NCBI GenBank assembly: GCA_963776345.1
Contig: CAVZMH010000021.1
Location: 1-51,501 of the forward strand
Source: an uncultured delta proteobacterium
GTDB taxonomy: Bacteria > Myxococcota > Myxococcia > Myxococcales > Myxococcaceae
Reading direction: 5' to 3'
DNA: 51,501 bases
Shown here: positions 51,487-51,501 of the stretch, piece after piece
Layout of the letters: each line of letters opens with the position of its first letter
Numbering within the stretch: the stretch's first letter is position 1
Translations under genes and position numbers: made by a program
Notes under the pieces: generated by a model
Database searches by the model: none
Seen by the model: the letters and a program-made list of their open reading frames with translations, nothing else
What the model was told of the DNA's origin: nothing

Positions 51487-51501
51487 CGGTCTTCCCTCAG
51501 T

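Overview
High-GC (~70%+) bacterial window, most consistent with a Myxococcales/Anaeromyxobacter-like organism (MYXO-CTERM-like sorting tail, eukaryotic-like Ser/Thr kinase, HEAT proteins). Most of it is housekeeping and transport: aroG, selB, tesB, ssb, dacB, nhaA, pal, dtd, ptsN, hpf, a TetR-HlyD-ABC cassette, a sugar ABC transporter, an RND pump and an S46 peptidase. About ten genes are split by small indels, which looks like long-read assembly error. The best candidate for an undescribed system is a tightly coupled 4-gene operon at 718-~3950, just after a probable nuoN end. It encodes a Yx(F/Y)xxD-repeat lipoprotein, a YceI lipid/quinone-binding protein, a Cyc2-like monoheme cytochrome-porin fusion and a MYXO-CTERM-anchored monoheme cytochrome, and may be an outer-membrane electron-transfer conduit. 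Other items of note: a Cys-cluster MarR fusion behind a duplicated 84-bp palindromic element; a BlaI/M56-HEAT/HEAT sensing module; a structured C-loop sRNA candidate (~14850-14975, minus strand); a 127-bp MITE-like element with an exactly central IHF-consensus site; a 74-nt GNRA hairpin; and REP-like palindromes. No rRNA, tRNA, CRISPR array, transposase or integrase was recognised. All calls are by eye, with no database searches.
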